From positions 20,956,001-21,020,000 of the forward strand of contig NC_043023.1 in the NCBI RefSeq assembly GCF_006345805.1: a stretch of 64,000 bases of DNA. The letters run 5' to 3'. Origin of the DNA: Octopus sinensis. Taxonomy: Eukaryota. The translations under genes and the position numbers were made by a program. Below, one piece after another: positions 27,017-41,635 of this stretch. The first letter of the stretch is position 1. Each line of letters opens with the position of its first letter. Below the pieces are notes generated by a model. It saw only the letters and a list, made by a program, of their open reading frames with translations. It was not told where the DNA came from and did no database searches.

Positions 27017-28100
27017 CCGATCGCGCGGTTAAAGCATTGGGAGTGAAGGACTCCTAGCCTTTGTTAGGGCATCCTTCTTGGAGAAGGCAACTCAGGTAAC
27101 TGGGATAACTCCGACATAAAACCTGTGGCCCAGTGGTTACTGATGATGTTGACTTGTTCTTCTTTTCGGATTATGGCTGCTGTTGCTTAGTGAGTGGGAT
27201 TGACTCAGTGCACAGCCTTTCCTCACTTGAAGAAAAATCTTCTTGCACAGGCATTGCACGATAACGACATTGTATTGATTAAAGTGATTAACTAATTCAT
27301 GATTGTTGATAGTGCTGTAAGTCTCAACTGAATGGCTGGTTGTAGCCTTAAAAAGCAAAAATCAATGATGTACCAAAACAGTATAAAAAGAAATGGCAGT
27401 AAGGACTCTGGAACCACATCAGCTGAAAGAGTCTGGCCCGGCAGGGGCTCCAGAGCATCACAGTCTGAACCCGGTCGTCATCATGCTACTGTGATAGAAC
27501 CAAAGAAAATAATGAATATTGGCTGTTGGATTATACGGACACTGCTTGACCATAAGTCCTCTGAATGTCCTGAAAGAAGGACTGCGCTTGTTGCGAAGGA
27601 GCTTCAACACCATGATCTTGACATCGTTGCTTTATCTGAGACGAGATTAGCTGGAGATGGTCATCTTACAGAATCTTGTGGAAAATATACATTCTTTTGG
27701 AAAGGGAGAGATGAAGAGTTTAGAGGAGAAGCTGGAGTGGTATTTGCTGTTAAGACTACTCTTGTGGACAAGTTGGAAGAAATTAACGATCGTCTTATGT
27801 CCATGAGAATTCCTTTGGCTAAAGGAAATTATGTGACATTGGTGAGTGTGTATGCTCCAACTATGTGCTATGCTGATGACGAAAAACTTTCTTTCTACCA
27901 TGCTTTGAAGGGCATTATAAGAAATATCCCTCGGGCAGACAAAGTCATCGTACTGGGTGACTTTAATGCTAGAGTGGGTAGGGATTTTAACACATGGACT
28001 GTAACTGGAAAGTATGGGGTGGGGAAGTGTAATAGTAATGGCATGCTTATGCTGCAGATGTGTGAGAAGCTGGATCTGTGAGTTGCCAATACACGCTGAC
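27017..28100 (+). mobile_element. 5' portion of an RTE-clade (BovB-like) LINE: 5' UTR plus AP-endonuclease domain
   Basis: ORF 27332-28081: NIGCWIIRTL, ERRTALVAKEL, DIVALSETRL, YTFFWKG, SVYAPT, LGDFNARVG, GKCNSNG. Truncated by a (CT)n tract. Confidence 0.9.
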
Positions 28101-28109
28101 ACTATCTCT

Positions 28110-28128
28110 CCCTCAAACACACACTGAC

Positions 28129-28171
<43 letters not shown>

Positions 28172-28510
28172 GTGTTTCTATCTTAGGAACAATAAAATAT
28201 TTAGAGATATGGAGAGATATAGATGAGAGCACACATATATGTGTGGGGCGAGGGTTATGAAAAGATACAGGCACAAGCAGAGAGAGAAAGAGAGAGAGAG
28301 AGAAGGAAGGAATGAGAGAGAGGCAAAGAAAGAGAGAGAGAAGGAAGGAATGAGAGAGAGAGAGAGAGAGAGCGAAAGAGAGAGAGAAGGAAGGAGTGAG
28401 AGAGAGAGAGAGCGAAAGAGAGAGAGAGTAAGAGAGAGAGTGAGAGAGTGAGGGAGAGAGAAAGTGAGAGAGAGAGGAGAGAGAGAGAGAGAGAGAGTGA
28501 GAGAGAGAGT
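28110..28510. repeat. (CT)n/(GA)n microsatellites
   Basis: Direct reading. Confidence 0.9.
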
Positions 28511-28859
28511 ATGTATCATGCATAGGAAGTTTGTATTTTTTAAACACACCCGAAATTCCAAAATTTCGTGCAGACACAAAACAGCGGATGCAATTCCAGC
28601 CTAAATGAAGTAATTATCCCTGTTTAACTAATTAATATTAAAGCTGATATGTTCTTTCATGTAGACAGGGATCTTGTGCCAGTTTTGCAAAGGCCGCGTT
28701 TCATTAGTACAGGACACTGATAGGTCAATGTTCTGACACAGCAAGATCTTCGTCCGGATGCTAATCGAACGGTTGACCCAAATCTGGTTAATTTCTCTGA
28801 ACACTGCCGCGGCAAGCTCGATTCTGGAGTGGAGAAGAGCAAATATAGTTCGGTTATGT

Positions 28860-29345
28860 GTGGAGGCACATGGCCTAGTGGTTAGAGCAGCAGACTCGCG
28901 GTCGAGGGGTCGCGGGTTCGAATCTCAGACCGAGCGATGTGTGTGTTTATGAGCGAAACACATAAGCTCCACGCGGCTCCGGCAGAAGGTAATGGCGAAA
29001 CTTCTGCAGACTCTTTCGCCACAACTTTCTCTCACTCTTTCCTCTTGCATCTTGCAGCTCACCTGCGACAGACCGGCGTCCCATCCACGGATCACGGGTT
29101 CGAATCTCAGACCAGGCGATGTGTGTGTTTATGAGCGAAACACATAAGCTCCACGCGGCTCCGGCAGAAGGTAATGGCGAATTTCTGCTGACTCTTTCGC
29201 CATAACTTTCTCTCACGCTTTCCTCCTGCATCTTGCAACTCACCTGCGACGGCCCGGCGTGCCGTCCAGGTGGGGAACCAATACGCCAAGTAAACAGGGA
29301 AAGCGGCTCTTATGAGCCAGGCAGGGCTCGAGAAGGAACAAATAA
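28860..29345 (+). mobile_element. tRNA-SINE variant D (C-like head, different tail) with a duplicated 5' half
   Basis: Two copies of gggttcgaatctcagacc...cacctgcgac; tail ...gagccaggc.ggctcgagaaggaacaaa. Also at 47175-47460. Confidence 0.8.
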
Positions 29346-29517
29346 TTCGGTTATGTATTTGTCTGCATGTTTTTTCAATTATTCCTGATGCACCTGATTC
29401 TAGGGACAATTTCTGTTTTTAGGCGCCACATTCGAGTTATCTCTTTTTCCAGATCTTTATATTTTCAAAGTTTGTCCGTTTCTTTCAGAGATACATTTTC
29501 ATCTGTTGAGATTGATA

Positions 29518-29551
<34 letters not shown>

Positions 29552-29959
29552 GTTTTTTCCTACTTTCTTCAAATTTTCTTCCGTTTCTTGCCGAGTGTTT
29601 TCCATACACATAGGGCAGAGAAGGGCATTGCATGTATTCCCATATTACACGCGCAAATTCACAGATAAAATATGTATTTAAAAATTAATAAATAAATAAA
29701 TTCATGGATGGATGTTATTTTCACAGCGATAGTGCTCTTCTCAGTACATGAGCCGTTCCAGTCAACACGGTTTTTTGCACTTCCTGTAGGGATGGTAAGC
29801 CTGGAATCATTTTCAAATAGGTTTCAGTACCTTTTTTTTTTATCATTCCTAGAGATCCTAAAATCACTGGTACTGTAGTCGCAAACACATCCTTTTTGTC
29901 TGATCTTTTATAATAATATCCGGTTTATTAGCTTTTATAGTCCTGTCGGTCTGCATAGG

Positions 29960-31485
29960 GAAGTCCCATAGAATCGACACATTTTCTGCCTCAGTCACAG
30001 CTTCAGGATGATGTTTATACCATTTGTCAGCGGTTTTGATTTTATAATGCCGACATATTGTCCAATGTAGATACTAGCCGACACTGTCATGTCTTGCTTT
30101 ATATTCTGCAGGTGCTAAGACTCTACACCCTGAGATTAGGTGGTCTATTGTTTCAATCTCATCGTTACAGAATCGGCATTTTGGGTCAGCTCCATTTTTC
30201 ATCACACTGGTTTGGCAGTTCCGGGTAAATAAGCTTTGGTCTTGAGCAGCTAATATGAAACCTTCACTCTCTGCTTTTAGCCCTGAACTTCGTAACCACT
30301 GGTGCGTGTGTTTCTGGTCGACATCAGGTTGTTTGCTACGGGGCACATACTTGCCATCGAGAGGTTTCTGTTCCCATTGCTAGCTAAATTTTCATGTGAT
30401 TTTGTCTTTGCAATTAATTTTCTTTTCTTTGCACCTGCAGTTGGCGTATTTCCTTCAGTCTGCTCAATCTGGTGGGTATCTAAGTGATCAGCAGCGAAGT
30501 TTTTGCTCTCTTTGAGAATAGAGTGAAGTTTTTTAGGTCTTTCATGTTTTTCAACAAGTTTTAGCATCCAATCGTAGGTTGCTTCAAGGTATTTGGCCAG
30601 TCCGATTGTGGGTGGTTTTGTATGTAAGTTCAAGCTGGATCAAACCTCGGCCTCCTTGAGCTCTGGGAAGGTAAAGGCGATCCACGTCTGCCTTTGGATG
30701 ATGCATCTTATTACAAGTCAGTAGCTTGCGGATTTTTCGGTCAATTTTCATTATTTCACTAGTATTCCAGTTAAGCACATTGAAGCTATAAAGAACAACT
30801 GTTACTGCTAAGGAATTTATGGCTAAAACCTTATTATATGCATTCATCTCAGATTTCAGGACTGCTCAAACTTTTCTATATATATTCTTTCTAAACCTTC
30901 TCTTCCATGCTTGCATGCTGGATACCAGAGCCTTCATTTATTCCTAGGTATTTATAGGTTTGTTCCTGCTCAAGTTCCTTTATTACGATTTCGACATCTA
31001 ATTCGATTGAACTAGACTTTACCAATTTCCCTTTCTTAAAAGTGGCTTTGGCACACTTTTCAAGGCCAATCTCCATCCCGATATCATCACTGAATCCTTT
31101 CATAGTATGTAATAATTCTTCAAGCTATTCTGCTATGCAGAAAATTAGTGGTGAAAGTGAGTCACCTTGGAAAATTCCACAGTTTATGCTAATGATGTTT
31201 GAGTGCAATACTCCCTTAGAATGATATAATTGGAGCTTCGTGTTCCATAGTGACATATTATACTTTAAAAAATCTGAAATCACAGGAGAAATTTTGAAAA
31301 TGTCCAACGATTTCAGAATCCACGAATGTGGTATGCTGTCAAAGGCTTTTAATAATCAATCCATGAAGTGCTGAGATTTCTGCGCTTGTTATGGCAGTTC
31401 TCAAGGATCATGCGATTAATTAGGAGCTGATCTTTGCATCCGTATGAGCCTCGTCTGCATCCTTTTTGTTTCGTGGGAAAGAGGT
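29960..31485 (-). mobile_element. Decayed R4/Dong-like RLE LINE fragment
   Basis: Minus-strand ORFs with GIFQGDSLSPLIFC, RLYLPRAQGGRGL, CRFCNDEIETIDHLISGC. A probable 3' UTR remnant at about 29551-29640 runs into (ATT)n. Confidence 0.88.
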
Positions 31486-31531
31486 TATTCTCTTCCATAA
31501 ACGTATATGTTTTCTCTTATTATTATTATTA

Positions 31532-31607
<76 letters not shown>

Positions 31608-32152
31608 GAGTGAGAGGGCAGTGCATGCCATCAAAATGACACTGGGGTAAAATATACGAAGCCCAATATACCCATCATGACTACCCGTCTGATAACGGTG
31701 CACTAGGCACGTGCATCACAACCATATGTGCTCGACATGGTGATCTCATATCAAGATAAACAGCACATGACCTTGCAGGTGGGGCCCAGTTAGAATTTTC
31801 TTCAGGTCGAGTAACCCATCCCACTCGAAAGGTCCCTGAATAAGGGTTGTTTAAGGAGGTTGAATGAAACACCCATGTTTCCAGAGCTGAATTATTCAAA
31901 CCCCAAACAATCCCTCTCAACACATGGCTATGATGCTCCCCCACTACTTCTGCTCGTGATCAGAGATGCACATATCGTCAGCCACTAGGGGACATGCTCA
32001 ACTGGTTAAGGTCAAACAACTGACAAGCAAATCTGTGGTATTGAGCAGAATATTTGCTGTAGCCCATCTTTTATACCAAGACAAAACAATGTACATGATA
32101 ACACTTCCAATCAGTTAAGATCAGAAGCCATGGTATCACTGCCTGGTACTGC

Positions 32153-32153
<1 letters not shown>
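31608..32153 (-). mobile_element. Full-length 546-bp (AAT)n-associated non-coding element
   Basis: Same ends and length as 42874-43419; (ATT)n on both sides. Confidence 0.88.
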
Positions 32154-32905
<752 letters not shown>

Positions 32906-33099
32906 CGATTGATTTGCATTTTATTTCTTCTTCCAACGAATATGAACGAGAGACCTAAGACATGTATATATTAAATGAAGAAAAACATATTGAGAATGCG
33001 GGTGGTTGATGTCAACACAATTTGTTGAGTCTCATAGTTTGTTGGTTTCCTGGGAATCTGATGAAAAATTTGTCAGTACTTTTTTTTTTATCATTCCCG

Positions 33100-33270
33100 G
33101 GTCACCTACGACAACAAGAAAGGTTTTGGTTTTTCATGTCTAGGGTGACCACCCTTCCATCCGGATCCAGGAAGATATCCGAAACATGAAGATCTAAGGA
33201 TTTCCATAGTAGCACTGATACACCGCCATCCGCTCCTGACAGACCATAAGATGAGAATACCTGAGGATAA
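33100..33270 (-). mobile_element. L1/Tx1-type AP-endonuclease fragment
   Basis: GGVSVLLWKSLDLHVSDIFLDPDGRVVTLDM resembles the GGV..L...D..GR motif of L1/Tx1 endonucleases. Confidence 0.55.
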
Positions 33271-33458
33271 AAAAACAAAAACAAAAGAAACTGAAAAATT
33301 TGAAGGTTTCCTACTCCGATGACCCTATAAGATAGGGAACAATTTGGTTAAAATGGTTTAATTTGAGAGGTCGTTTTTTGCTTTCGGGAGAAATATGAGA
33401 GCGTCTTGTTGACGCAAGATTGAAAAAAAAACAGAAAATTTTTTCTGCTATTCCTTCT

Positions 33459-33878
33459 GCAGGAGTGGCTGTGTGGTAAGTAGCTTTCTAACCAACCACA
33501 TGGTTCCGGGTTCAGTCCCACTGGGTGGCACCTTGGGCAAGTGTCTTCTACTATAGCCTCGGACCGACCAAAGCCTTGTGAGTGGATTTGGTAGACGGAA
33601 ACTGAAAGAAGCCTGTCTTATATATGTATATATATATATATGAGTATGTGTGTGTTTGTGTGTCTGTGTTTGTCCCCCTAGCATTGCTTGTCCACCGATG
33701 CTGGTGTGTTTATGTCCCCGTTACTTAGCGGTTCGGCAAAAAGAGACCGATAGAATAAGTACTGGGCTTACAAAAGAATAAATCCCTGGGTCGATTTGCT
33801 CGATTAAAGGCGGTGCTCCAGCATGGCCGCAGTCAAATGACTGAAACAAGTAAAAGAGTAAAAGAGAGAGAGAGAGAG
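33459..33878 (+). mobile_element. SINE family A
   Basis: Family consensus. Confidence 0.88.
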
Positions 33879-34404
33879 TATTCCTGTGAAAACTAACTAT
33901 TTTTTCACATGCGTATTTTTTTATTTACTTATTGTCCACACCGCACATTGTTCCTAGATTACACAAAAACAAACAATATGTTAAACAAATTATTTTGGAG
34001 ACGTCTTAGAAGAACTAACCACACAGATAACTAGTCTCTACTCTTCGCCACAAAACAATATAACACCTACAATTTAAACAAGTTGAACTAATTAATCCCC
34101 AGGCTGGCCCATACGACTGTGGTCTTTTTGCGCTTGCATACACATTTGAACTGGTGATTGGAAAATCTTCAGTAGAGTGTCTATTTGATTAATCAAAAAT
34201 GTGAAGCCATTTTCAATTTTGTCTTGAGAACAATAAATTTGTTAGGAGAGTATTGTAGTTCGCTTGAAGCATTGTGTATTGTTTGTAAAGAATAAAAAAG
34301 TTTTGAATGGTACAACAATGCACTATAATACAGACAACAGGCTACATACCTGTTGCAATTTAATTAACCATAGTCTGATATGATATTTCGGAATAAAATT
34401 CCTT

Positions 34405-34635
34405 ATTTCTTTACTACCCACAAGGGGCTAAACATAGACGGGACAAACAAGGACAGACAAACGGATTAAGTCGATTACATCGACCCCCAGTGCGTAACTG
34501 GTACTTAATTTATCGACCCCGAAAGGATAAAAGGCAAAGTCAACCTCGGCGGAATTTGAACTCAGAATGTAACGGCAGACGAAATACGGCTACGCATTTT
34601 GCCCGGCGTGCTAACGATTCTGCCAGCTCGCCGCC
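34405..34635 (-). mobile_element. Single SINE-B between two copies of a 163-bp direct repeat
   Basis: Repeats at 34242-34404 and 34637-34800 differ at about 5 positions. Confidence 0.88.
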
Positions 34636-34989
34636 CTTAGGAGAGTATTGTAGTTCGCTTGAAGCATTGTGTATTGTTTGTAAAGAATAAAAAATGTTTT
34701 GAATGGTACAACAATGCACTCTAATACAGACAACAGGCTATATACCTGTTGCAATTTAGTTATCCATAGTCTGATATGATATTTCGGAATAAAATTCCTT
34801 CTTCGGACATTCTTAGATGGAGTCGCTGCTAGAATCGGTTTTCTAACGGCTTTTCTGTTTTCATTTTTATTTTATTCCTTTTCCAAAACTGTAAGTGTTT
34901 TAAATTCCAACAAAAACCAATGAAATCACACACTTTTTTATCACCCACCCAGGAATGGGTTACTCCGGCAAAAACGAGTAGATGTTATG

Positions 34990-35665
34990 AAACCCTCACA
35001 GAATTATCAACAGCATTTTTTGACACCTAATAGATTCCATGTTTTATGTGAGTATTTCCATCAAAGCCCCCCCTCCCCCCCCAAAAAAAACAGAGTAAGA
35101 AATCTGATGCAAGTACTGGTGGGGAAAACGCTAGACCAAGAACATCAACCATATTAGAAAATAAGATGGTAATGAATTTATCAATACTTCTGTCTTAGAA
35201 CTTGGATTGAGTTTCTGCCCAAGTACTAAGAACTTTGACAAAAATAATTAACACAAGGAGTATATCAGTTTGTCAGCCGTCATAAGCTTCTAGTATATTT
35301 TTTGAAAGAATTGGTAACGGGTGTCAGAAAACCCCATGTCTGTTGAAAGAAATGATGATAATCGGATTTGGCATAATTGGATTTTAAAGAATCCAAATTG
35401 GTACCCGGATAAAATTCGGGAGGGACGGTCACAAGCACTCTTTACTCTTTTACTCTTTTACTTGTTTCAGTCATTTGACTGCGGCCATGCTGGAGCACCG
35501 CCTTTAATCGAGCAACTCGACCCCGGGACTTATTCTTTTGTAAGCCCAGTACTTATTCTATCGGTCTCGTTTGCCGAACCGCTAAGTAACGGGGATATAA
35601 ACACACCAGCATCGGTTGTCAAGCAATGCTAGGGGACAAACACAGACACACAAACACACACACGC

Positions 35666-35722
<57 letters not shown>

Positions 35723-37100
35723 GACGGGCTTCTTTCAGTTTCCGTCTACCAAATCCACTCACAAAGCTTTGGTCGGCCCGAGGCTATAGTAGGACACTTG
35801 CCCAAGGTGCCACGCAGTGGGACTGAACCAGGAACCATGTGGTTGGTAGACAAGCTACTTACCACACAGCCACTCCTGCGCCACGTTGGAATTTCTCTAA
35901 TCTTATCAGTCAGGAATTAGGGAAAGCCTTAAAACCTGTAAGAAAAAGAGCTAGAATAACCTTACGGGTTCCCAGTGTAGCGCACCCCATCGCCTAGCAA
36001 ACAACGATTCTATTCCTATTAAAATGGCAGATAAAGGAGGTGCTACTGTGATTATGGACAAGGACGAGTACCTTTCAGCTTTTGAAGAAGTTTTAAATGA
36101 CAAAACTTCTTATGAAGAAATACTTGTAGAACCCAACCCCAATTGCAGAGAGGAAATTGATAAAATAATTTTGGAAATGGAGGAAAAGAACTTCATAAAT
36201 GACACGGAATCTAAGCTATTATGTTGAGAAAGAAGAACGCCTGTGTTTTACGGTCTTCCAAAAATACATAAAAATTTCGAAAAATGTCCTCCATTGCGCC
36301 CAATTTGCAGTGGGTATGAATGTTGCACTGCAAAAATTTCAGAATGGTTGGATGGCTTTCTACTCCCAGTCGCTAAAAGATCAAGTCCCTACATCCGGGA
36401 TATTTTTCATTTTGTTTCCAAATTGAACGAATTTTCTAAACACCGAAGTAGTGGTTTTTGGTAGCCGTGGACGTTTCTTCCTTATAACCCAACATCGATC
36501 ACGACGATGGGGTGGAAGTATGCCTGAAAGCCTTTCAAAAATGCCCAAAGAAAAGAATTCCCTCAAATATTCTCTGCAAAATATTAAAATTTGTGTTACA
36601 AAGTAACGCAATGAAGTTTGGCAAAAAAAGTTGTTCCATCAGATGAAGGTCTGCGCCATGAGTAACCCTCTGGCGGTTAATTTCGCAAATATCTTCATGA
36701 CAAAATTTGAAATGCAATCAATGGAGATATTCAAATCCCTACTTGATCACAAACCTACACTCTGGTTACGGTTCATTGACGTCGTCTTTCCTTGTCTAGG
36801 AAGGAACACAGGATAGTTTAGTCAAATTTTTACATTTCTGTGACTGCTTTGCGGAAGACTATGGCTTTGAGTCCAAAATAAAATACACATCGTGCTTTTC
36901 AAAAACTAGCATCGAATCTTTGGACACAAAAGGTAAGTTTTCGGAAGGCCGAATAGTCCCAGAAATATTTTGAAAAGCCACATCATCCCGTATTTATCTC
37001 CACCACCCCTCTTATCATCCTCATTATACATTCAGATCAAAACGGAAGTCCCAGGTTTTGAGGAAAAGACGTATTTGAACAGACATTGGGGTTTATTAGA
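34990..37100 (+). mobile_element. Decayed Penelope-like element RT region, interrupted by SINE A (-, 35428-35882)
   Basis: ADKGGATVIMDKDEY, FYGLPKIHK...PLRPICS, DVSSL, AMSNPLAVNFANIFM, LWLRFIDVVF; many frameshifts and stops. Confidence 0.85.
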
Positions 37101-37117
37101 AACTTGCAAGTAATTTA

Positions 37118-37379
37118 AGCCGGCCAGCTGGCAGAAACGTTAGCAGGCCGGTGCGAAATGCTAAGCGGTCTTTCGTCTGCCGCTACGTTCTGAGTTCAAA
37201 TTCCGCCGAAGTCGACATTGACTTTCGACCCCAGTGCGTAACTGGTATTTATTTTATCGACCCCGAAATGATGAGAGGCAAAGACGACTTCGGCGGAATT
37301 TCAACTCACAACGTAACGGCAGACGAAATACCGCTTAGCATTTCGCCCGGCGTGCTAAGGATTGTGCCAACTCGCCGCC

Positions 37380-37429
<50 letters not shown>

Positions 37430-38040
37430 GAATCCAAGTGCAGACTCTAATTTCCTATGCATGAAGAGACCAAATGGAGGAAGGGGACTGAGAAGTGCGG
37501 AAGACTGCGTGGGTATCGAACTCGAGAGCTTAATGAGATACGTTGCCCATAGTAAGGAAACCTTGTTAGTGACAATCAGGAACGAAGGAGTATTGAGAAC
37601 AGAGAGAAAAGGAAAAACAAAGGAAGAAGTACAAAAAAGACATGAAGAAGAATTTCACAAGAAGGACAACGCGATCGATTCCATGTAGCGATCTGGCGAC
37701 TGACCTAAATAGCTGTCGGTTTCGGCCCCCCGTCTTTATACGCTGTAACACCACAATGTATAGTGGCGTTTGCTCTGTCGTTAAATTAAAAGGGCCCCCT
37801 ATTGGAACCTTTCAATATTGAACATTCGGTTGCACCAGGTTGCCCCTTCTCGCTGCTTTATATAGTTTGACATTTGAATTCTTTGTTGCGAATGCTGGAT
37901 AATTTCAGGGGCATCATGTGGGGCTAGGCCACGGGAGAGCTGTGTCTGCATAAGCGGACAACCCCGCAGTCACTATACTGAGGGAATATCAGGTATGTAC
38001 CGAAGAACCAGGACAAATCTGTAGGTTACAACTAGGATTT
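37118..38040 (+). mobile_element. SINE-B (37118-37378), (AAT)n, Dong-like fragment (37430-37670), Tx1-like RT fragment (37670-38040)
   Basis: GGRGLRSAEDCV (R4/Dong linker region); FNIEHSVAPGCPFSLLY resembles RSVRQGCPLSPLLY. Confidence 0.7.
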
Positions 38041-38054
38041 TGGGTGCGTGTATG

Positions 38055-38941
38055 CATAACTATTTATAAAACCTGTTTTGCATTAATTCAATTTATTCAA
38101 ATGTAAAACTTTTTCAATTTGTCCTTGGATGGGTGTATATACATAACTATTTATAAAACCTGTTTTGCATAAATTCAATTTATTCATACGTAAAACTTTT
38201 TGAATTTGTCCTTGGATGGGTGTATAGACATAACTATTTATAAAACCTGTTTTGCATAAATTCAATTTATTCATACGTAAAACTTTTTGAATTTGTCCTT
38301 GGATGGGTGTATAGACATAACTATTTATAAAACCTGTTTTGCATAAATTCAATTTATTCATACGTAAAACTTTTTGAATTTGTCCTTGGATGGTGTATAT
38401 ACATAACTATTTATAAAACCTGTTTTGCATAAATTCAATTTATTCATACGTAAAACTTTTTCAATTTGTCCTTGGGTGGGTGTATATACATAACTATTTA
38501 TAAAACCTGTTTTGCATAAATTCAATTTATTCATACGTAAAACTTTTTGAATTTGTCCTTGGATGGGTGTATAGACATAACTATTTATAAACCTTTTTGC
38601 ATAAATTCATTTATTCATACGTAAAACTTTTTGAATTTGTCCTTGGATGGTGTATATACATAACTATTTATAAAACCTGTTTTGCATAAATTCAATTTAT
38701 TCATACGTAAAACTTTTTGAATTGTCCTTGGATGGTGTATATACATAACTATTATAAAACCTGTTTTGCATAAATTCAATTTATTCATACGTAAAACTTT
38801 TTCAATTTGTCCTTGGATGGGTCTATATACATAACTATTTATAAAACTGTTTTGCATAAATTCAATTTATTCATACGTAAAACTTTTTGAATTTGTCCTT
38901 GGATGGGTGTATATACATAACTATTTATAAAACCTGTTTTA
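38055..38941. repeat. 87-bp minisatellite, about 10 copies
   Basis: Unit ataactatttataaaacctgttttgcataaattcaatttattcatacgtaaaactttttgaatttgtccttggatgggtgtatagac. Confidence 0.95.
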
Positions 38942-39811
38942 AATAGCTAAAGTAACTTAATTTAAATGTATAATTTTTCCACTTCGTTTTTTTTCTATGT
39001 TCGATATTTCTGTAGGTATGTATCTGTGCATCTGTGTATTTATGTGTATGTGTAAGTATTTATATACGTGTGTGTGTAAGTGTCTGTACGTATGCGCATA
39101 TATATTTTTTATATATACGAATATAAGTGAGTGTATATTTTTGCGGGATAATTATTACATATGGATATATAGATTTGTATAATTAACATTTAAATATTAC
39201 ATATAATATATAAGCACAGATTTCTGCCTACCCCCGCCAAATTTGGTTGATCATAACTTTCAGAAAAATGGATATTTTTTAATGAAATTTTCTACGGATA
39301 TGGATTATGTGCAAAATTTGGTGGGGGAGTGTTTTAGGAGGGGGTGGGCTGGGGAATTTCGGAAAATTTACCGGAATCCACTTCAATTCGTCTTAACTTT
39401 CATAGAAATGGATATACTTTTAATGAAATCCTCTACAAATATACCTCCAGCTATGTAGATTCCGAGGACATAAGAAGTTTTTGGGAAAACAATTGGGGCT
39501 ATTTTTTTATAACTATTCCCCACTAAGGGGGAATAGTTATCAAATAGTTATTTTCTACGTTTTGTGCATCCGTAGATTTCTACTAAAGCAACAAACGGAC
39601 GAGGGCAAATAAAAACACATTATGCTAAAAATAACAGCTAAATTTGTTACATAATCTCTATAATAAACCTGATACTAAATGTAATGATACCCCGTTGGAA
39701 CTACTTAAATCAAATATGTGTGTGTGGATGTGTGTAGAAAACTACGGATGCACAAACGCACAAAACGGAGAAAATGAAACTAATATGGTCGATTTGTTCC
39801 GAATTACTCCA

Positions 39812-39915
39812 TGATAGATAGATAGATAGACTGACAGACAGACAGATAGATAGATAGATAGATAGATATAGATAGATAGATAGAGATAGATAGATAGACT
39901 GACAGACAGACAGAC

Positions 39916-39967
<52 letters not shown>

Positions 39968-40045
39968 GACAGACAGACAGATAGATAGATAGATAGATAG
40001 ATAGATGATAGATAGATAGATAGATAGATAGATAGACTGACAGAC

Positions 40046-40090
<45 letters not shown>

Positions 40091-40119
40091 TAGATAGATA
40101 GATAGATAGAGTGACAGAC

Positions 40120-40150
<31 letters not shown>

Positions 40151-40159
40151 CTGACAGAC

Positions 40160-40223
<64 letters not shown>

Positions 40224-40249
40224 TAGATAGATAGATAGATAGATAGATC

Positions 40250-40330
<81 letters not shown>
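39812..40330. repeat. (GATA)n/(GACA)n microsatellite
   Basis: Direct reading. Confidence 0.96.
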
Positions 40331-40342
40331 AAATGCATAAAC

Positions 40343-40390
<48 letters not shown>

Positions 40391-40499
40391 CTTTTATTTG
40401 TGTTGTTTATGCGAAGGTTATGCTTTGGAACCAACTTTAAGTCTTTAATCGAACGTATCAAGCCCTGTAATCTTTATATATATATAAATCCTTAAATCC

Positions 40500-41200
40500 T
40501 TAAAAAAGTTTCAGCCCGAAGGCTGCGGCCATGCTGGGGCACCACCGTTGAACGAGCTACGCTAGTTTGTGAATCCACCTCTGATACGAGGCACTTGGTC
40601 GACAAGGGAGTTCGATGCCGCTGCCCACATCTGCGTCTCCTGTCGTGAGGTAGGTTCATCTGGGGCTCCCGACAAGAAGAGATCCAGTTTAGTTTTAAAG
40701 AAACCTACATCCACACCATGTAAGTCTCTCAGGCATCAAGGGAGAATGTTGAAGAGCTGCGGTCCTCTGAAACCCAAGCTCTGCGGTTGGGGTAACTTTG
40801 AACGCCAAAGTTTGGGACAAGTCTCTCCAGGATTTTCCAGATGTATATCACTGCATATCTCTCCCGCCTTCGCTCTAGGGAGAAGAGTTTTAATATTTTC
40901 AGTCTTTCTCAGTAGCTGATATGTTGCATTTAGACGATCTTCTTTGTGTAGCTTCTCTGAATTGCTTCGAGTTCTGCTGTTAGCTTTATATCGTATGGTG
41001 ACCATAGTTGGGAGTAGTAGTCCAAGCGGCTGAGGACGAAAGATTTCCAAAGGACCATCAGTGTCTCCTCTCTAGTTCTGAAAGTTCAGAGAATCCATCC
41101 AGCTAGCCGTCTGCATTTTATCACCAACTTAGTAATATGCACTTGGAAAGAGGTATCATTGCTCATGTCAATGACCTGGTCACGCACCGATTTTGACTCA
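40500..41200 (-). mobile_element. 3' end of a CR1/Jockey-group LINE (ORF2 C-terminus plus 3' UTR)
   Basis: SLGFRGPQLFNILP...LDLFL..PDEP; the 3' UTR ends ggtgccccagcatggccgcagccttcgggctgaaac. Confidence 0.75.
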
Positions 41201-41376
41201 GGAAATACATGTACATATATATGTATATATATATATGAGCATATATATATATGCTCACACACACACGCACGACATATTAATTCACACACACACAAACTCT
41301 CTCGGGGATGCATGTACAAACACATTTATTTGTATGCATTTATATGTGTGTGTTTGGTGATGGTGGCGGTGGTGCA

Positions 41377-41426
<50 letters not shown>

Positions 41427-41627
41427 TGTGTGTGTGTGTGTGATGGTCACATGCATAAACCTGTGATGGTAGTCGTTGACAATCTTGTTTGAGCAGTTGA
41501 TTTGCGTCCTGTTCTCACCTGCGGTCTTTCACCTGACAATGGATCCGTGTGATGTCAATGGTCCTTTGATGTTTTACTTCCCACCTCTCAGATTTGATAC
41601 GCAAACACCTCTTTGCTGGCGGTTTGT

Positions 41628-41635
41628 TATAAATA
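41628..41635 (+). promoter_or_regulatory. Candidate TATA box (TATAAATA) with upstream E-boxes
   Basis: In a non-repetitive island about 250 nt before the ATG at 41885; CAGTTG and two CACCTG sites lie within about 150 nt upstream. Confidence 0.45.

Noticed and set aside
28665-28860. Coding exon after ttctttcatgtAG
   Set aside because: All three frames hit stops within about 25 codons, and there is no recognisable homology or matching donor.
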